Below are positions 1 through 10,952 of a stretch of DNA of 64,000 nt, in pieces. A program made the position numbers and the translations under genes. The notes beneath the pieces are model-generated. The model was not told the origin of the DNA. It did no database searches and saw only the letters and a program-made list of their open reading frames with translations. This DNA is from Octopus sinensis. Taxonomy: Eukaryota. Numbering within the stretch: the stretch's first letter is position 1; each line of letters starts with the position of its first letter. The DNA is taken from the NCBI RefSeq assembly GCF_006345805.1, contig NW_021833070.1, positions 29,460 through 93,459 on the forward strand, in the 5' to 3' direction.

Positions 1-90
1 ACGACAGGCTTCTTTCAGTTTCCGTCTACCAAATCCACTCAGAAGTCTTTGGTCGGCCCGAGACTATAGTAGAAGACACTTACCCAAGGT
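1..90 (-). mobile_element. SINE family A, partial copy
   Basis: Matches the central block (CGACRGGCTTCTTTCAGTTTCCGTCTACCAAATCCACTCA...GAAGACACTT) of the full copy at 7996-8420, in reverse orientation. Confidence 0.85.
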
Positions 91-175
91 TCCGCTAAAC
101 ATTTTGTCCGGTGTACTCATGATTTTGTCAGCTCGTCGCCTTCTTTCGCTTTATATTGATAGAATGTGGTGAAAG

Positions 176-760
176 GCGGTACGCTGGCGGAAACGCTAGC
201 ACGTCGGGCGAAATGCTTAGCGGTATTTCGTCTGCCGTTACGTTCTGAGTTCAAATTCCGCTGAGGTCGACTTTGCCTTTCATCCTTTCGGGGTCGATAA
301 ATTAAGTACCAGTTACGCACTGGAGTCGATATAATCGACTTAATCCCTTTGTCCTTGTTTGTCCCTTCTGTGTTTAGCACCTTGTGGGTGGTAAAGAAAT
401 AGGTATTTCGTCTGCCGTTATGTTCAGAGTTCAAATTCCGCCGAGGTCGACTCTCCCTTTCGTCCTTTCGGGGTCGGTAAATTAAGTATCAGTTACGCAC
501 TGGGGTTGATGTAATCGACTTAATCCCTTTGTTTTTCTCTCTATGTTTAGCCCCTTGTGGGCAATAAAGAAATAAGAAATGTTTGTACGCCGGGCGAAAT
601 TGCGGTATTTCGTCTGAGTTCAAACTCCACCGAGGTCGACTTTGCCTTTCATCCTTCCGGGTTCGATAAATTAAGTAACAGTCGCATACAGGGGTCGATC
701 TAATCGACTGGCTCCTCCCCCAAAATTTCGGGCCTTGTGCCTTGAGTAGAAAAGAATATT
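176..760 (+). mobile_element. Three head-to-tail copies of SINE family B
   Basis: Pol III A-box-like head GGCGG..CTGGC.GAAACG.TAGC and B-box-like GAGTTCAAATTCC; conserved core GCCTTTCATCCTTTCGGGGTCGATAAATTAAGTACCAG; units about 176-403, 404-577, 578-760. Confidence 0.85.
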
Positions 761-1383
761 TTGCTTATATCATTAAGAAAGAAGACGATATATTTTAGTA
801 GTTTAATACATGGATTGCTGTTGTTGTTGTGTTCTGACATCAGATCAGTACTTCCTGAGTCGGCCTATGAGGAAAAGGCATTCTTGTTATGACCATTCCT
901 CTGACACTTAAAGCTCACACGATGCTGCTCCGTAAAAAAGTTCTATTTCCCAAACCCCGATATATTTTGCGTCACTTGTTATCATTTATATTTATGTAAT
1001 GATTCACCACTTCCTCAAATGCACGATGACTATGCTTCGTAAACGACGTCACAAATTAGACGAAACATTGTCTCCTGTACTTCATAAAAAAAAACGTAAA
1101 TGTTATCAGTTTTGACTCTGATAATTTATTTTTTAGTTAATTATCTACTACTTTGTGTAGTAATTAGCTTAACATTAACTTTCCTACTCACCAAAGGTTA
1201 AAATAACGACCAGAGGAATAAAATCTGAAAAGCAAGGCACGCATCTTATTTTGTTTCGTTTGATTTCTAGTTCTGATGATCCTTAGATCAAAATGTGTTC
1301 AGGTGAATATTCAAAAGTAAAGTCACCTAAAGACAACTACATTTTGGTCCGAGGACTATACATCTACACGTGTGTGCTGGGGG

Positions 1384-1425
<42 letters not shown>

Positions 1426-1489
1426 TATATATACGAGAAAGAAGCAACAAGAATGGATTAGTTTTTAGTACAATTGTTTCATACAAAGA

Positions 1490-1790
1490 AGAAAAGAGAG
1501 AAGAAAAGAGACAAGGAAAGGGAAAAAGAAAAAAGAAAAAAGGAAAAAGAAAAAAGAAAAAAGAAAAAAGGAAAAGAAAAAAGAAAAAAGAAAAAAGAAA
1601 AAAGAAAAAAGAAAAAAAAAAAAAAAAAAAAAAAAAAGAAAAAAGGGGAGAAGAAAAGAAAAAAAGAAAAAAGAAAAAAGAAAAAAGAAAAAAGAAAGAG
1701 GAAAAAGAAAAAGAAAAAAGGGGAAAGAAAAAAGAAGAAAGAAAAAGGAGAAAAAAGAAAAATGGGAAAGAAGGGAGAAAAGAAAAAACG
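1490..1790. repeat. A-rich simple repeat (GAAAAAA)n-like
   Basis: Visible in the sequence; source of the K/E/R-rich and F-rich ORFs at 1293-1891. Confidence 0.9.
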
Positions 1791-2547
1791 CCCACATAGA
1801 GTATACTGTGACAACTTTGAGGGAAGGGAGTTCTAAAGTGACATACTACACAGAAGAATTTGTAGACTGCCTGGCTGGCTTGAATTTGCAAGAATCCAGG
1901 AACTATAAGGAGAATATTATTTTTGACCAGTAAAACAGCTATTTATTGCCAACATGACGTAGTTGAAAGCAGATATGAATCTAAAGAGATAACAAGGTCA
2001 GGGGTAGAGGGGTCAAAGGCTATCATCAAAAGGAAATACATTAAGAGAAAGAATATCTAAGTGCAATCTTAACAAGAGGTCATTTAAATTTATTTGTTTA
2101 TTTATTTCTGTTACTGTCTTAAATTGTTGCCGTTACTATTTATACATTGACAGACTACAGGTCAAAACTTAGAAGATTAATTTACAAGGTGTGATGGAAT
2201 TGTCTATTATTTTGAAATTTCTCATACTACTTTTCAAGGGAGTAGCCTTACTTATTTAATTTTGTAAAAAAATTTATGAAGCCTAAGTAACTTATTTTAT
2301 TAAAGTTGTGTTACCTAAATTAGATTAAATTCAAAATTCAAAATTAAAATTAAATAAAACTTCATTTAAGCAAAGTACAAGTACTATTTATTTCCTTGTG
2401 CTCAAAATCAGGTGCAGTTATAAAGAAAAAAATAACTATAGTGTGAGAACTCGCATTTATCTACTTAAAATTTAAAGTAATGCTATACTAGTAAAAACCC
2501 AGCTATATCTATCTATCTATCTTGTTACGATTATTCTATACAGTTAT

Positions 2548-3719
2548 TCATTTAAAATATTTTAGAGTCTTCAATTTAGCGTGGACACAAACTTGTCCTA
2601 CTTCAATATGGTTATTTAACAAACCTCTATTTTTTCTATGCCTTAGAATTTCATAGGTCTCCATGGAGCAGAGTTGGCAACCAACCCTGTTATTTTTATA
2701 CGGCATTGCTCTCCTAACTATTTCCCAATTTAGGTTATAATTCCTGTTATTATTTTTGAGTTCCCAGATCTTACTTGAAAGTGTGGTGGTACCAGTTTTA
2801 TGACGTAATTTAAAAGATGAGACGTGATTTCTAACTCTGTCTTTAAAATTTATCGTACAACCAATGTAAAAAAAATTGTTATTCTCAGTAGATATGGTAC
2901 ATTTATAGATTACGTTATTTTCCCCGCATAGACCAGGTGCCGGGCATTTTGACTTAATTCTACACTTACACGCAGGAGGAACAACTTCAGATGTTGGATT
3001 ATTCATGGGTAGATGTCTTATGTTCCTGTTATTTTGATTATCATGATTATCATGAGTATAATTATCTTTATTATTATTATTATTATTTTTATAGTTGGTG
3101 CTGCTATCTAAAGCATTGTTATTATTTATTGATCCTTCTGCTCCATCTTTTAGGTCTAAAGTCCTACCTTGATTATTTACATTATTGGTAATGTTACTAT
3201 TATTGTTAGTATTATTATCAAACTGTATATTGTTGCTATAGATATCACTGATATTTTCATTCTCTGTATTTTCTCTATTAGCCTTACTTCTATTATTAAC
3301 ATTATTACTTCTATTAATATCGATATTATTATTACTCTTATTACTGTTAATATTATTAGTCATTCTGTGGTTACTGATTCCATCCATGTTTTGATAGTTA
3401 CTATTGTTGCGTTTATTGTTGGTAGTATTATTATAATTGTTATTGGTATTCATGTTGGTATTATTATTTTCATTTTTATCTTTCCTGGCTAGTTTAATGT
3501 TGTTATTATTGATCTTAGCTATTAAAGTGGACATATTTGGGAGGGTTGAATAAGAAATCCTAACTGTTTTCTTAGAAATAATTCTATGATATCTATGAGA
3601 GATTGGGAAATTTTTTTCTAGAATTACTTTGAATTTGCTCTGTATATCCGATTGAATCGTACAGTTCAAAGGAATATTCAGCCATATTATATCTTTCTTA
3701 TTAAATTTCCTTGAATTAT

Positions 3720-3720
<1 letters not shown>
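2548..3720 (-). pseudogene. 5'-truncated Penelope-like element ORF: RT-EN linker, Asn-rich insert and GIY-YIG endonuclease; no RT
   Basis: Linker IIWLNIP...EKNFP.SH.YHRIISKKTVRISYSTLPNM (3720-3490) resembles the PLE IWFNPP...KHFP...KVSYSCMPN segment. From 2970 down: CKCRIKSKCP..GLCGENNVIY...YIGCT..FKDRVRNH.SSF...TLSSKIWELK...W.I...CQLC..E..EI...LLN....C.H, the PLE-type GIY-YIG domain. Stop at 2548; the 5' end abuts (TC)n(TA)n at 3721-3781. Confidence 0.85.
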
Positions 3721-3781
<61 letters not shown>

Positions 3782-3785
<4 letters not shown>

Positions 3786-3965
3786 TGATCGCTAAATCCA
3801 CAATTTTTTTTTTAATCTCTCTGTTTATTTCTTCGTGATCCTTTCTGCTGAAGAGCGTAGGCTCGAAAGTAAAAGATTTTCTCACTTTCCTGAGCGTCAA
3901 ACTAATACACCTGCTTGTTGTGTATACACCTATCTTCGTCTTTTGTTTTTCTGTAAATTTCATCT
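3782..3965 (+). mobile_element. Small TA-flanked non-coding element with a degenerate hammerhead-like core
   Basis: Bounded by (TA)n on both sides. Contains CTGAAGA-GCGTAGGCTC-GAAA-GTA at 3848-3871, but no convincing stem I. Confidence 0.4.
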
Positions 3966-3980
3966 ATATATATATTACAA

Positions 3981-5084
3981 TGAATAATGCGGACACATGG
4001 AGGTTAATATTCTTAAGTTATTAAACCTGGAAAAGTACAGGACAAGCATATTTATCCTTAAAATATTGCAGCTATAGTTAAAATTTTAAAATATATTTAG
4101 TTTTAAAAATTAAAAATAATAGTCTGTTGTGTCTGGGGAGAGTCATTTTCTTTTGTGCCTTATAATATAACACACTCACTGGTAAAATTTTCACTTATTT
4201 CTTATTTTTATTTTACCGCTGAGTGTGTTAAATTGTAAGGCACAAAAAGAAAATGACTTTCCCCAGACACAACAGAATATGCTTCAACACACGAACTCAT
4301 ATAAAGAATCTTGCAAACCAAATCCAAAAACGTAATAAAAATAATAGCTTTTATTAGCTACTCTATAATTAAGGAATTAACTCAAATAATAAAGTTAAGG
4401 CTGTTAAACATTTTAAAAAAATTTAAGTAGCCTCATTTTTAAGAACTACTAAGAGTTCTTATGTAGTATTCAATTGAAATTCCGTTTTTGTTCATCTTTC
4501 TGATAAAAACTGGCAGACTATATAATTCATTGATAAAGATACCACAAAGCTGGTCTTCTGGAAATTTCAAAAAAGGAAAGTTCAATTGATACATTTATGG
4601 TAGGGTTGAGGCTTAGGGGAGGGTACAGTGATATTTTCCCGGAGAGTGGGGAACTCTCCCTAATTAAATGTTTTAATTGGTGGGTAGTATACCATATAAA
4701 AAAATTCTTCTTGGCTAGGGGCTACTTAGCCCATATGCTATGAAATGTCCTGGGAGGTAAATCCCTCAATATACCCACTCCGTACAGATATGGGAATATT
4801 TAAAAACTGGTAATCGAAAAAACATTTTTAATGCGGCCATTGAATTTTTTAAAAATTTTTGCTACCAGTTAGCCTTCAATTTATTATTTGAGTTAATTTT
4901 TTAATTATATAGTAGCTAATAAAAGCTATTATTTTTAGTTTTAAAATCTAAATATATTTTTAAATTTCAACTATAGCTGCAATATTATGCTTGTCCTGTA
5001 CTTTTCCGGGTTTAATAACTTGTCCACTACTTTTCCAGGTTTAATAACTTATGAGTATTAACCTCCACGTGTCCGCATTTTTCA
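3981..5084. mobile_element. About 1.1-kb element with long inverted arms (interrupted by a nested insertion)
   Basis: 3981-4120 plus 4336-4432 is the reverse complement of about 4835-5084 (e.g. AATGCGGACACATGGAGGTTAAT vs ATTAACCTCCACGTGTCCGCATT); ~400-bp spacer; no ORF. Confidence 0.7.
4124..4318. mobile_element. Small fold-back element with an unduplicated ~45-nt tail, nested in the left arm of 3981-5084
   Basis: CTGTTGTGTCTGGGGAGAGTCATTTTC... (4124) is inverted at ...GAAAATGACTTTCCCCAGACACAACAG (ends 4275), then tail TTCAACACACGAACTCATATAAAGAATCTTGCAAAC. Confidence 0.7.
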
Positions 5085-5372
5085 ACATAATCCTAGGAAA
5101 TGCAATTAAACTAATAAATAGTGAGAATTAATAATAATTCATAATTTTACCTGTTTAAAATTTTTCATTTTAGTACTTTTGTTATATAATTTTTCAATTA
5201 TTTTTCATGTTTGATGATTGAAGTAAAATAAGAATAGGTATTAATCTAAATAAATAAAAAATGAATTCTAAGAGTACTTCAGTTACACTGGCTCACAATA
5301 AAATCGAAAATTCAGTGAAAAGAGAAATATAGAAGAAATCATACTGTGTCGCAAGGGAGAAAACTGTGTATA

Positions 5373-5768
5373 TTTTATATATAAAAGAGAGGTTGGGTGC
5401 TGTCTGTCTCCTACGATTTAGATTCCTAACTACTCCCACATTTTGCAGTGCAGTTTAACCAAAAGCGGGTATCTTATAGTCGTGATTCATATCGAGCCCT
5501 TCTGGGTATTAGCGCGCGTCTACGATGAGTCTACGATAAAAAAAAATTTACCATCAATTTTTCTCATTTTTAATGCATTTTTGGCATATATAAGGGAAGT
5601 AACTCTCTAAAAATTTATTATTAAATCTCAGAACGTAAAAAGCTACAGTAACACCCCCCCCCCTTTGTGGTTAGCCATATTGAGATGGCTATTATACTTT
5701 ACATCTCTAAAAATGCTTATATAGTTATTTCCCTTACAAACCCGAGCAACGCCGGGCGATACTGCTAG
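5373..5768 (+). mobile_element. Non-autonomous Helitron-like element, family H1
   Basis: 3' hairpin CCCGAGCAACGCCGGG about 8 nt before terminal CTAG followed by T; family 5' end TCTTTATATATAAAAG; same family at 30680, 41166 and 47072; no TSD. Confidence 0.75.
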
Positions 5769-7344
5769 TTTTATATAATATAGTAGTATAGTTTTAGGCC
5801 TAGTGTCACTTTTTCTTTGTCGCCTTTTTTTTTTGTCACACCTTTTCTTCTACAAAATTTCTACAAATTTTATTGCATAAAATTAGCATTTTTAGATTCC
5901 TTTCGTTTTGATTTATCATTTGAGCTTAAATAAAATATAGATTACTTTTAAATTGAGAACGTTTTTTGAAGTCAAAGTCGACTGAAGGTGATACCAGCAC
6001 TTTTAGCTTCACAACTTCTTTAGAAGTTTCTTTTCATAAAATATTCTTTTCATAAAATTGACATTTTTAGATTTCTCCCTTTTCATTCTATCATTTAAGC
6101 TTAAATAAAATATAGCTTGCTTTGAAATAAGAAAGTTACCTTGATTCAAAGTCAATTTTTCGCCTTACTCTCCCCTTTTGGACCTCGCATATTTTAATGT
6201 AACTTTTTGTCCACAAACCAAATTTCAATATTTTTATGCCAAAATGCAGCTTGGGAGGTGACTATTATAGAACTGTTGACAGTTTTGAATTGTTGACAGT
6301 TTTGAATTGTTGACTGTTTTGGTTGAGAAATGAGTTAGTGACAAAGCTTTGAAGAGGCTGCGAGTGAGTAAATGTCGGCTTTGGTTGAATGATATATATA
6401 TATATGAGACTGAATGACATATATATGAGAAAGAAGGATAAGCACTAGCTTATAGTTCCTACGCGTGTTTTACCATTATCGGTGCTTGGAGCCCAGTGTT
6501 CCAATGCATTTAGACGCTTGGCAGTTGTCCATGTATGCAAGTCTCTTCCCTCTATATCAATCAAAAAAAGTTGCCACCTTCGGTTAATATAGCCCGGTAC
6601 CAGTTATCGCAGATATTGCTGTCAGAAAGCTAAATAAAAAAAAAAAGCAGATGCCAGAAGATATCTTTTTGACCTTCTAACACTCTATTGTTGTTCGGTG
6701 TTATTTACTATCGATCCAAAGAATATAAAGTAAAGGTGACCTTACTGAGATTTGAACTCAAAGAGTAGGGAGTCATAACAAATACCTCAAGTAATGCTTT
6801 TCAACGATAAAATGCCTTTACCAGTTTGCGGCCTTGCTCAAATCAGCATCATTATGAATACTTTGATTCGAAAAATGATGGTAATGTTTTACTATTTACC
6901 ATCTACTAGCATACATTCTACGGCTTTTCTGATATTTAGCAATCCTCCGCTTATAAAACCTCTGATACAGATTCTTGTTGATGGGTTATGGTTTTATTTA
7001 ACCTGACACAAAAATGTCTTTCTATCATCCTTCTCTCCTTTTCACATACTCAGCTCCTTCGTACAAATAGTCCGCCTATATTCTCACATTTTTCAGTTAT
7101 TCCAATTTATTCGTGGCTCGAAATAGTAATTATGATACCTGACCCGACTGTCTTAAATCATTCATCAGTTTGAAGCGAATTATGTATAACAAAACCGAGG
7201 AGATTAGTGATGTTTTGCGTCAGCAAATAATAGCCGACAAAATGCGGCTTAATTTGTCACGAGGACGAGGAGATATCTGACTCTGCAAGCACGCCTCCTT
7301 CATAAAAAAAATTACTAGCAATACTAAATAATTGTTTCAAATTT

Positions 7345-7797
7345 TGGTACAATGTCAGCAATGTCGGAGGAGGTGGTAAGTCGATTACCTCGATCCTTGT
7401 GTACAACTGGTACTTATTTTATCGACCCAGAAATGATGAAAGGCAAAGTCGAGCTCGGCGGATATTGAACTCGGAACGTAAAGACGGACGAAGTTCCGCT
7501 CAGCATTTTTCCTGGCGTGCTAAAGATTCTGTTACCTCGCTACCATAACAACAATAATAATAATAATAATAATAATAGTTTCAAATTTTGCCACAATTTC
7601 AGCAATTTTGGGGGAGGGTATAAGTCGATTACATCGATCCCAGTATTCAACTGGTACTTATCTTATTTTATCGACCCTGAACGAATGAAAAACAAAGTCG
7701 ACTTCGGTAGAATTTGAAACTATAACTTAGTGACGAGCGAAATACTGTTAACCATTTCGTCTAACGCGCTAACGATTCTACCAGTTCGCTGCCTTAG
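7345..7797 (-). mobile_element. Two diverged SINE family B copies separated by (AAT)n
   Basis: Reverse complement of the core (CTGGTACTTATTTTATCGACCC.GAA..GATGAAAGGCAAAGTCGA) and B-box (ATTTGAA.CT) occur twice. Confidence 0.65.
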
Positions 7798-7995
7798 CAA
7801 TATTAAATAATACAGTAATACCTCACCATATCGCCGTTCATCTATCATGGTTCACCTATCGCGGTTTATTATTTAAGCATACGTCGATTCCAGTACTGTT
7901 TCTACTTCGCAGATTTTTACCTAACACGTGGAGTTCTGGAATGTAACACACGCGATAGTCCAAGAATTATTGTAATAAGCAATTCATATATCTAG

Positions 7996-8420
7996 GTGTA
8001 GGAGTGGCTGTGTGGTAAGTAGCTTGCTTATCAACCACATTGTTCCGGGTTCAGTCCCACTGCGTGGCACCTTGGGCGAGTATCTTCTACTATAGACTCG
8101 GGCCAACCAAAGCCTTGTGAGTGGATTTGGTAGACGGAAACTGAAAGAAGCCCGTCGTATATATGTATATATATTTGTATGTGTTTGCGTATATGTTTAT
8201 GTGTCTGTGTCTGCCCCCCCCTCAACATCGCTTGACAACCGATGCTGGTGTGTTTACGTCCCCGTAACTTAGCGGTTCGGCAAAAGAGACCGATAGAATA
8301 AGTACTAGGCTTACAAAAAATAAGTCCTGGGGTCGATTTGCTTGACTAAAGGCGGTGCTCCAGCATGGCCGCAGTCAAATGACTGAAACAAGTAAAAGAG
8401 TAAAAGAGTAAAAAGAGAGA
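7996..8420 (+). mobile_element. Full-length SINE family A (tRNA-derived, internal (TA)/(TG) tract, (GTAAAAGA)n tail)
   Basis: A box GTGGCTGTGTGGTAAG, B box GGGTTCAGTCCC, CORE-like CACCTTGGGC.AGT.TCTT, internal microsatellite, short tandem-repeat tail; more than 10 copies in the window. Confidence 0.9.
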
Positions 8421-8532
8421 GTATATGTGTTGGAGCAGGAAAAGAGAAAGAAAGAATTGGTTAATTGGTGTATATATTTTTTGTTCTTTTCGTGTGGGTA
8501 GCTAAAGACAATACTGGACTATTATTTAACAT

Positions 8533-8850
8533 GTGGAGGCGCAATTGCCCAGTGGTTAGGGCAGCAGATTCGCGCTTGTGGGATCGTTCTTTCGATTGTC
8601 AGACCGGGCGTTGTGAGTGTTTATTGAGAGAAAACACCTAAAGCTCCACGAGACTCCAGCAGGGGATGGTGGCGGCGAACCCTGCTGTACTCTTTCACCA
8701 CAACTTTCTCTCACTCTTACTTCCTGTTTCTGTTTTACCTATATTTCAAAGGGCCGGCCTTGTCGCACACTGTGTCACGCTGAATCTCCCTGAGAATTAC
8801 GTTAAGGGTAAACCTGTCTGGAGTGCTCAGCCACTTGCACGTTAATTTTA
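8533..8850 (+). mobile_element. SINE family C, 3'-truncated
   Basis: tRNA-like head GGCGCAATTGCCCAGTGGTTAGGGCAGC...TTCGATT; body matches the full copy at 29811-30199. Confidence 0.85.
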
Positions 8851-9040
8851 AGCGCATAAATTACTTACATACATATACACACACACGTACATACATACAT
8901 AGTACAAACATACGTATGCACATGCATGCATACATACACAGACACATATACCCACAAACACACATACACACATACATATGTATATATATATGCATACATA
9001 CATACATAATACCTAGATTCTATATTTAAGAGATGAGGAA

Positions 9041-9355
9041 TTATGTACATTATTTACATTATTTACATTTAACGGATATTGCATATGGTATAGTGGTTAA
9101 GAGCGCGGGCTACTAACCCCAAGATTCCGAGTTCGATTCCAGGCAGTGACCTGAATAGCAATAATAATAATAGTAATAATAATAATAATAATAATAACAT
9201 CGAAAAATACCTTAGGAATGAGAAACCAGATTCGAAATTTCTTAAAGACACCTGATGAAAGCTGGAGGGTGTATCAGCCGAAACGTTGTGTTAACAACAA
9301 ACAAGATGAGGACAAATATCCGTCAAATGTAAATATTGTAAATAATGTATACATA
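9041..9355 (+). mobile_element. tRNA-headed SINE-like element with a hammerhead-bearing tail and an inverted 5' copy of its 3' end
   Basis: Head 9081-9150 (A box TGGTATAGTGGTTAAG, B box GAGTTCGATTCC), (AAT)n linker, HHR at 9247-9292; 9041-9080 is the reverse complement of 9315-9355. Confidence 0.75.
9247..9292 (+). ncRNA. Minimal type I hammerhead ribozyme (PLE type)
   Basis: Stem I GACAC/GTGTT; core CTGATGA 9252-9258; stem II GCTG/CAGC; GAAA 9280-9283; palindromic stem III AACGTT; predicted cleavage GUU after 9287. Confidence 0.75.
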
Positions 9356-10088
9356 CCTAGAGTTCAAAATTCTGACTGCCTAAGTGAACTCTTTCTTCCT
9401 TTCATTCTTCCTGTATCTTCTGTTTCCTTTCTAAACTATGTGTTTAGATTTGCAAGAAGAGTATTTCTCCCTTTTCACAGTTAAAAGACTTCCTTTCAGT
9501 GCGTATTCATTTATGCGTTTTTATGCAGCCGTTAGTAAGTAACAAATGATCTCTCACTTATATCATAGTGGAAGATGTTTTCTTCCATTGTGATTACGCT
9601 TAGCGATTACAAGGTTAGAAGAGAAACATTTTCCACATATCTGAGATGGAAGTAGATTTTCTTCAGGTTATCCTTCTTACCGAAAACCCAATATATATCT
9701 CGTATATATTTAACGAATAAAAACTACATCACGCTCCCAAGTATTTCAGATACAATTTTTGCTTAATATTATGATGGGGAGAAAAAGTAGTGTTTAGTTA
9801 CATTTATTATAATTGCTTTGAAGTTCAGGTATCCTCAAAGCACTAAGTAAATTCGAAAATGACCTTTGAACTTTACTACCAGTGTACGTAGTAACATTGT
9901 ATCTGCCCCAAAGTCAAGCTGCGAAAAGTCGACCAGTACGGAAGGAGAGGCACTTTCATGACACTTCTGTTATAAAAAACGGAAGCCTTTCCTTATCAAA
10001 TACGTTCTTTCAATTAAAATGTGTACTAACGGTTCACATAGCACTTCTGGAAGAAAGCTAGTTCTTTTCTCTCTTTCATATATATATA

Positions 10089-10952
10089 GTTGTGTCTAGG
10101 GAGAGAGGTCATGCCAATAGCCAATATAATTGACATACACACATTGGTTCAATTCCACTCATTTATTAAATACTAGCAGTATGACCCGGCGTTGCCGGGT
10201 TTAGTGCTAGTGCTTGTTGTTCGTTGCCGGGTCGCAGTAAAAATTTCTCACTAAATCAAGAGCTAAGTTTCTTATCACATTTCAGCCCGGACCAGTTTTG
10301 TTGATTATGAGCTAGTTAGAGTTTTTTATGAGAGTAATTAATATTCATTGGACTTCGGTTTTCACACCTGGAACTGCATAATCATGGAAAATTAGCGGGA
10401 CTGTGCACATGCCATTAGTCGGACAAAAAAGGAGGCAGAAGAAAGCGAAAAACTCGAATTTGGCCGCAAAATAACTTATAGGCATAATGGATCGGGGTTT
10501 ATCGATTTTTTTAAATGGCTTTCTGTGGTGACTGGGGAAATGAAAAGATCTTCACGACCACCCTCAAACAGTTTTGAAAGCCCATAGGAAATGCGAGCCT
10601 TTTACATGAAAAACTGTGGATTTGTATGAAGGACACACAGACACACAGATGCACAGACATTTTGCCGTTTATAGATATAGAGATTCAATTTTTTGTTAAA
10701 TTTCTTACGTTGCTTTTTTTTGTAATCTTTTCAGCGACTCAGTGACTACCGATAGTCACGATAGATAGTCACTGAGTCACTGAGAAGGTTGCAAAAATGC
10801 AACGAAAGAACTTTCACAAAATATCGAATATTTAATGAAGGAGTGAAATTGAACCAATGTGTGTGTGTGTTAATTATATTGGCATGATAACTCTCCCTAG
10901 ACACAACAAAATGTGTTTGAACACACAAATTCACATAAAGAATATTGGAAAC
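10089..10952. mobile_element. Inverted-arm element related to 4124-4318, with the same unduplicated tail
   Basis: Arms 10089-10160 and 10841-10907 (GTTGTGTCTAGGGAGAG / CTCTCCCTAGACACAAC); tail TTGAACACACAAATTCACATAAAGAATATTGGAAAC at 10917-10952. Confidence 0.65.
10173..10683 (-). mobile_element. Non-autonomous Helitron-like element, family H2, nested in 10089-10952
   Basis: Minus-strand 3' end CCCGGCAACGCCGGG hairpin followed by CTAG-T; 5' end TCTCTATATCTATAAACGGCAAAATG. Confidence 0.65.

Noticed and set aside
117-434. 105-aa ORF and the similar ORFs at 54726, 56560 and 57024
   Set aside because: Antisense translations of SINE-B; repeated similarity reflects the SINE, not a protein family.
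1048-1072. GTC-loop-GAC GAAAC ATT GTC, resembling a hammerhead 3' half
   Set aside because: No CUGAnGA core and no stem I.
1268-1339. CTGATGA with a TAGTT/AACTA stem
   Set aside because: GAAA is replaced by AAAA and there is no NUH triplet; at best a relic.
1293-1891. K/E/R-rich and F-rich ORFs of 110-175 aa
   Set aside because: Translations of (TA)n and A-rich repeats, open on both strands. The same applies to ORFs at 12148-13802, 22407-22881, 27222-27549, 33760-34095, 48856-51087 and 58679-63009.
3721-3963. N-terminal ~80 aa of the 471-aa ORF
   Set aside because: Read-through of a microsatellite and the antisense strand of a separate small element; not part of the PLE protein.
9081-9150. 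tRNA gene (also the heads at 8001, 8533 and 29811)
   Set aside because: A and B boxes are present but there is no closing acceptor stem, and each continues into a repeat body: these are SINE heads.
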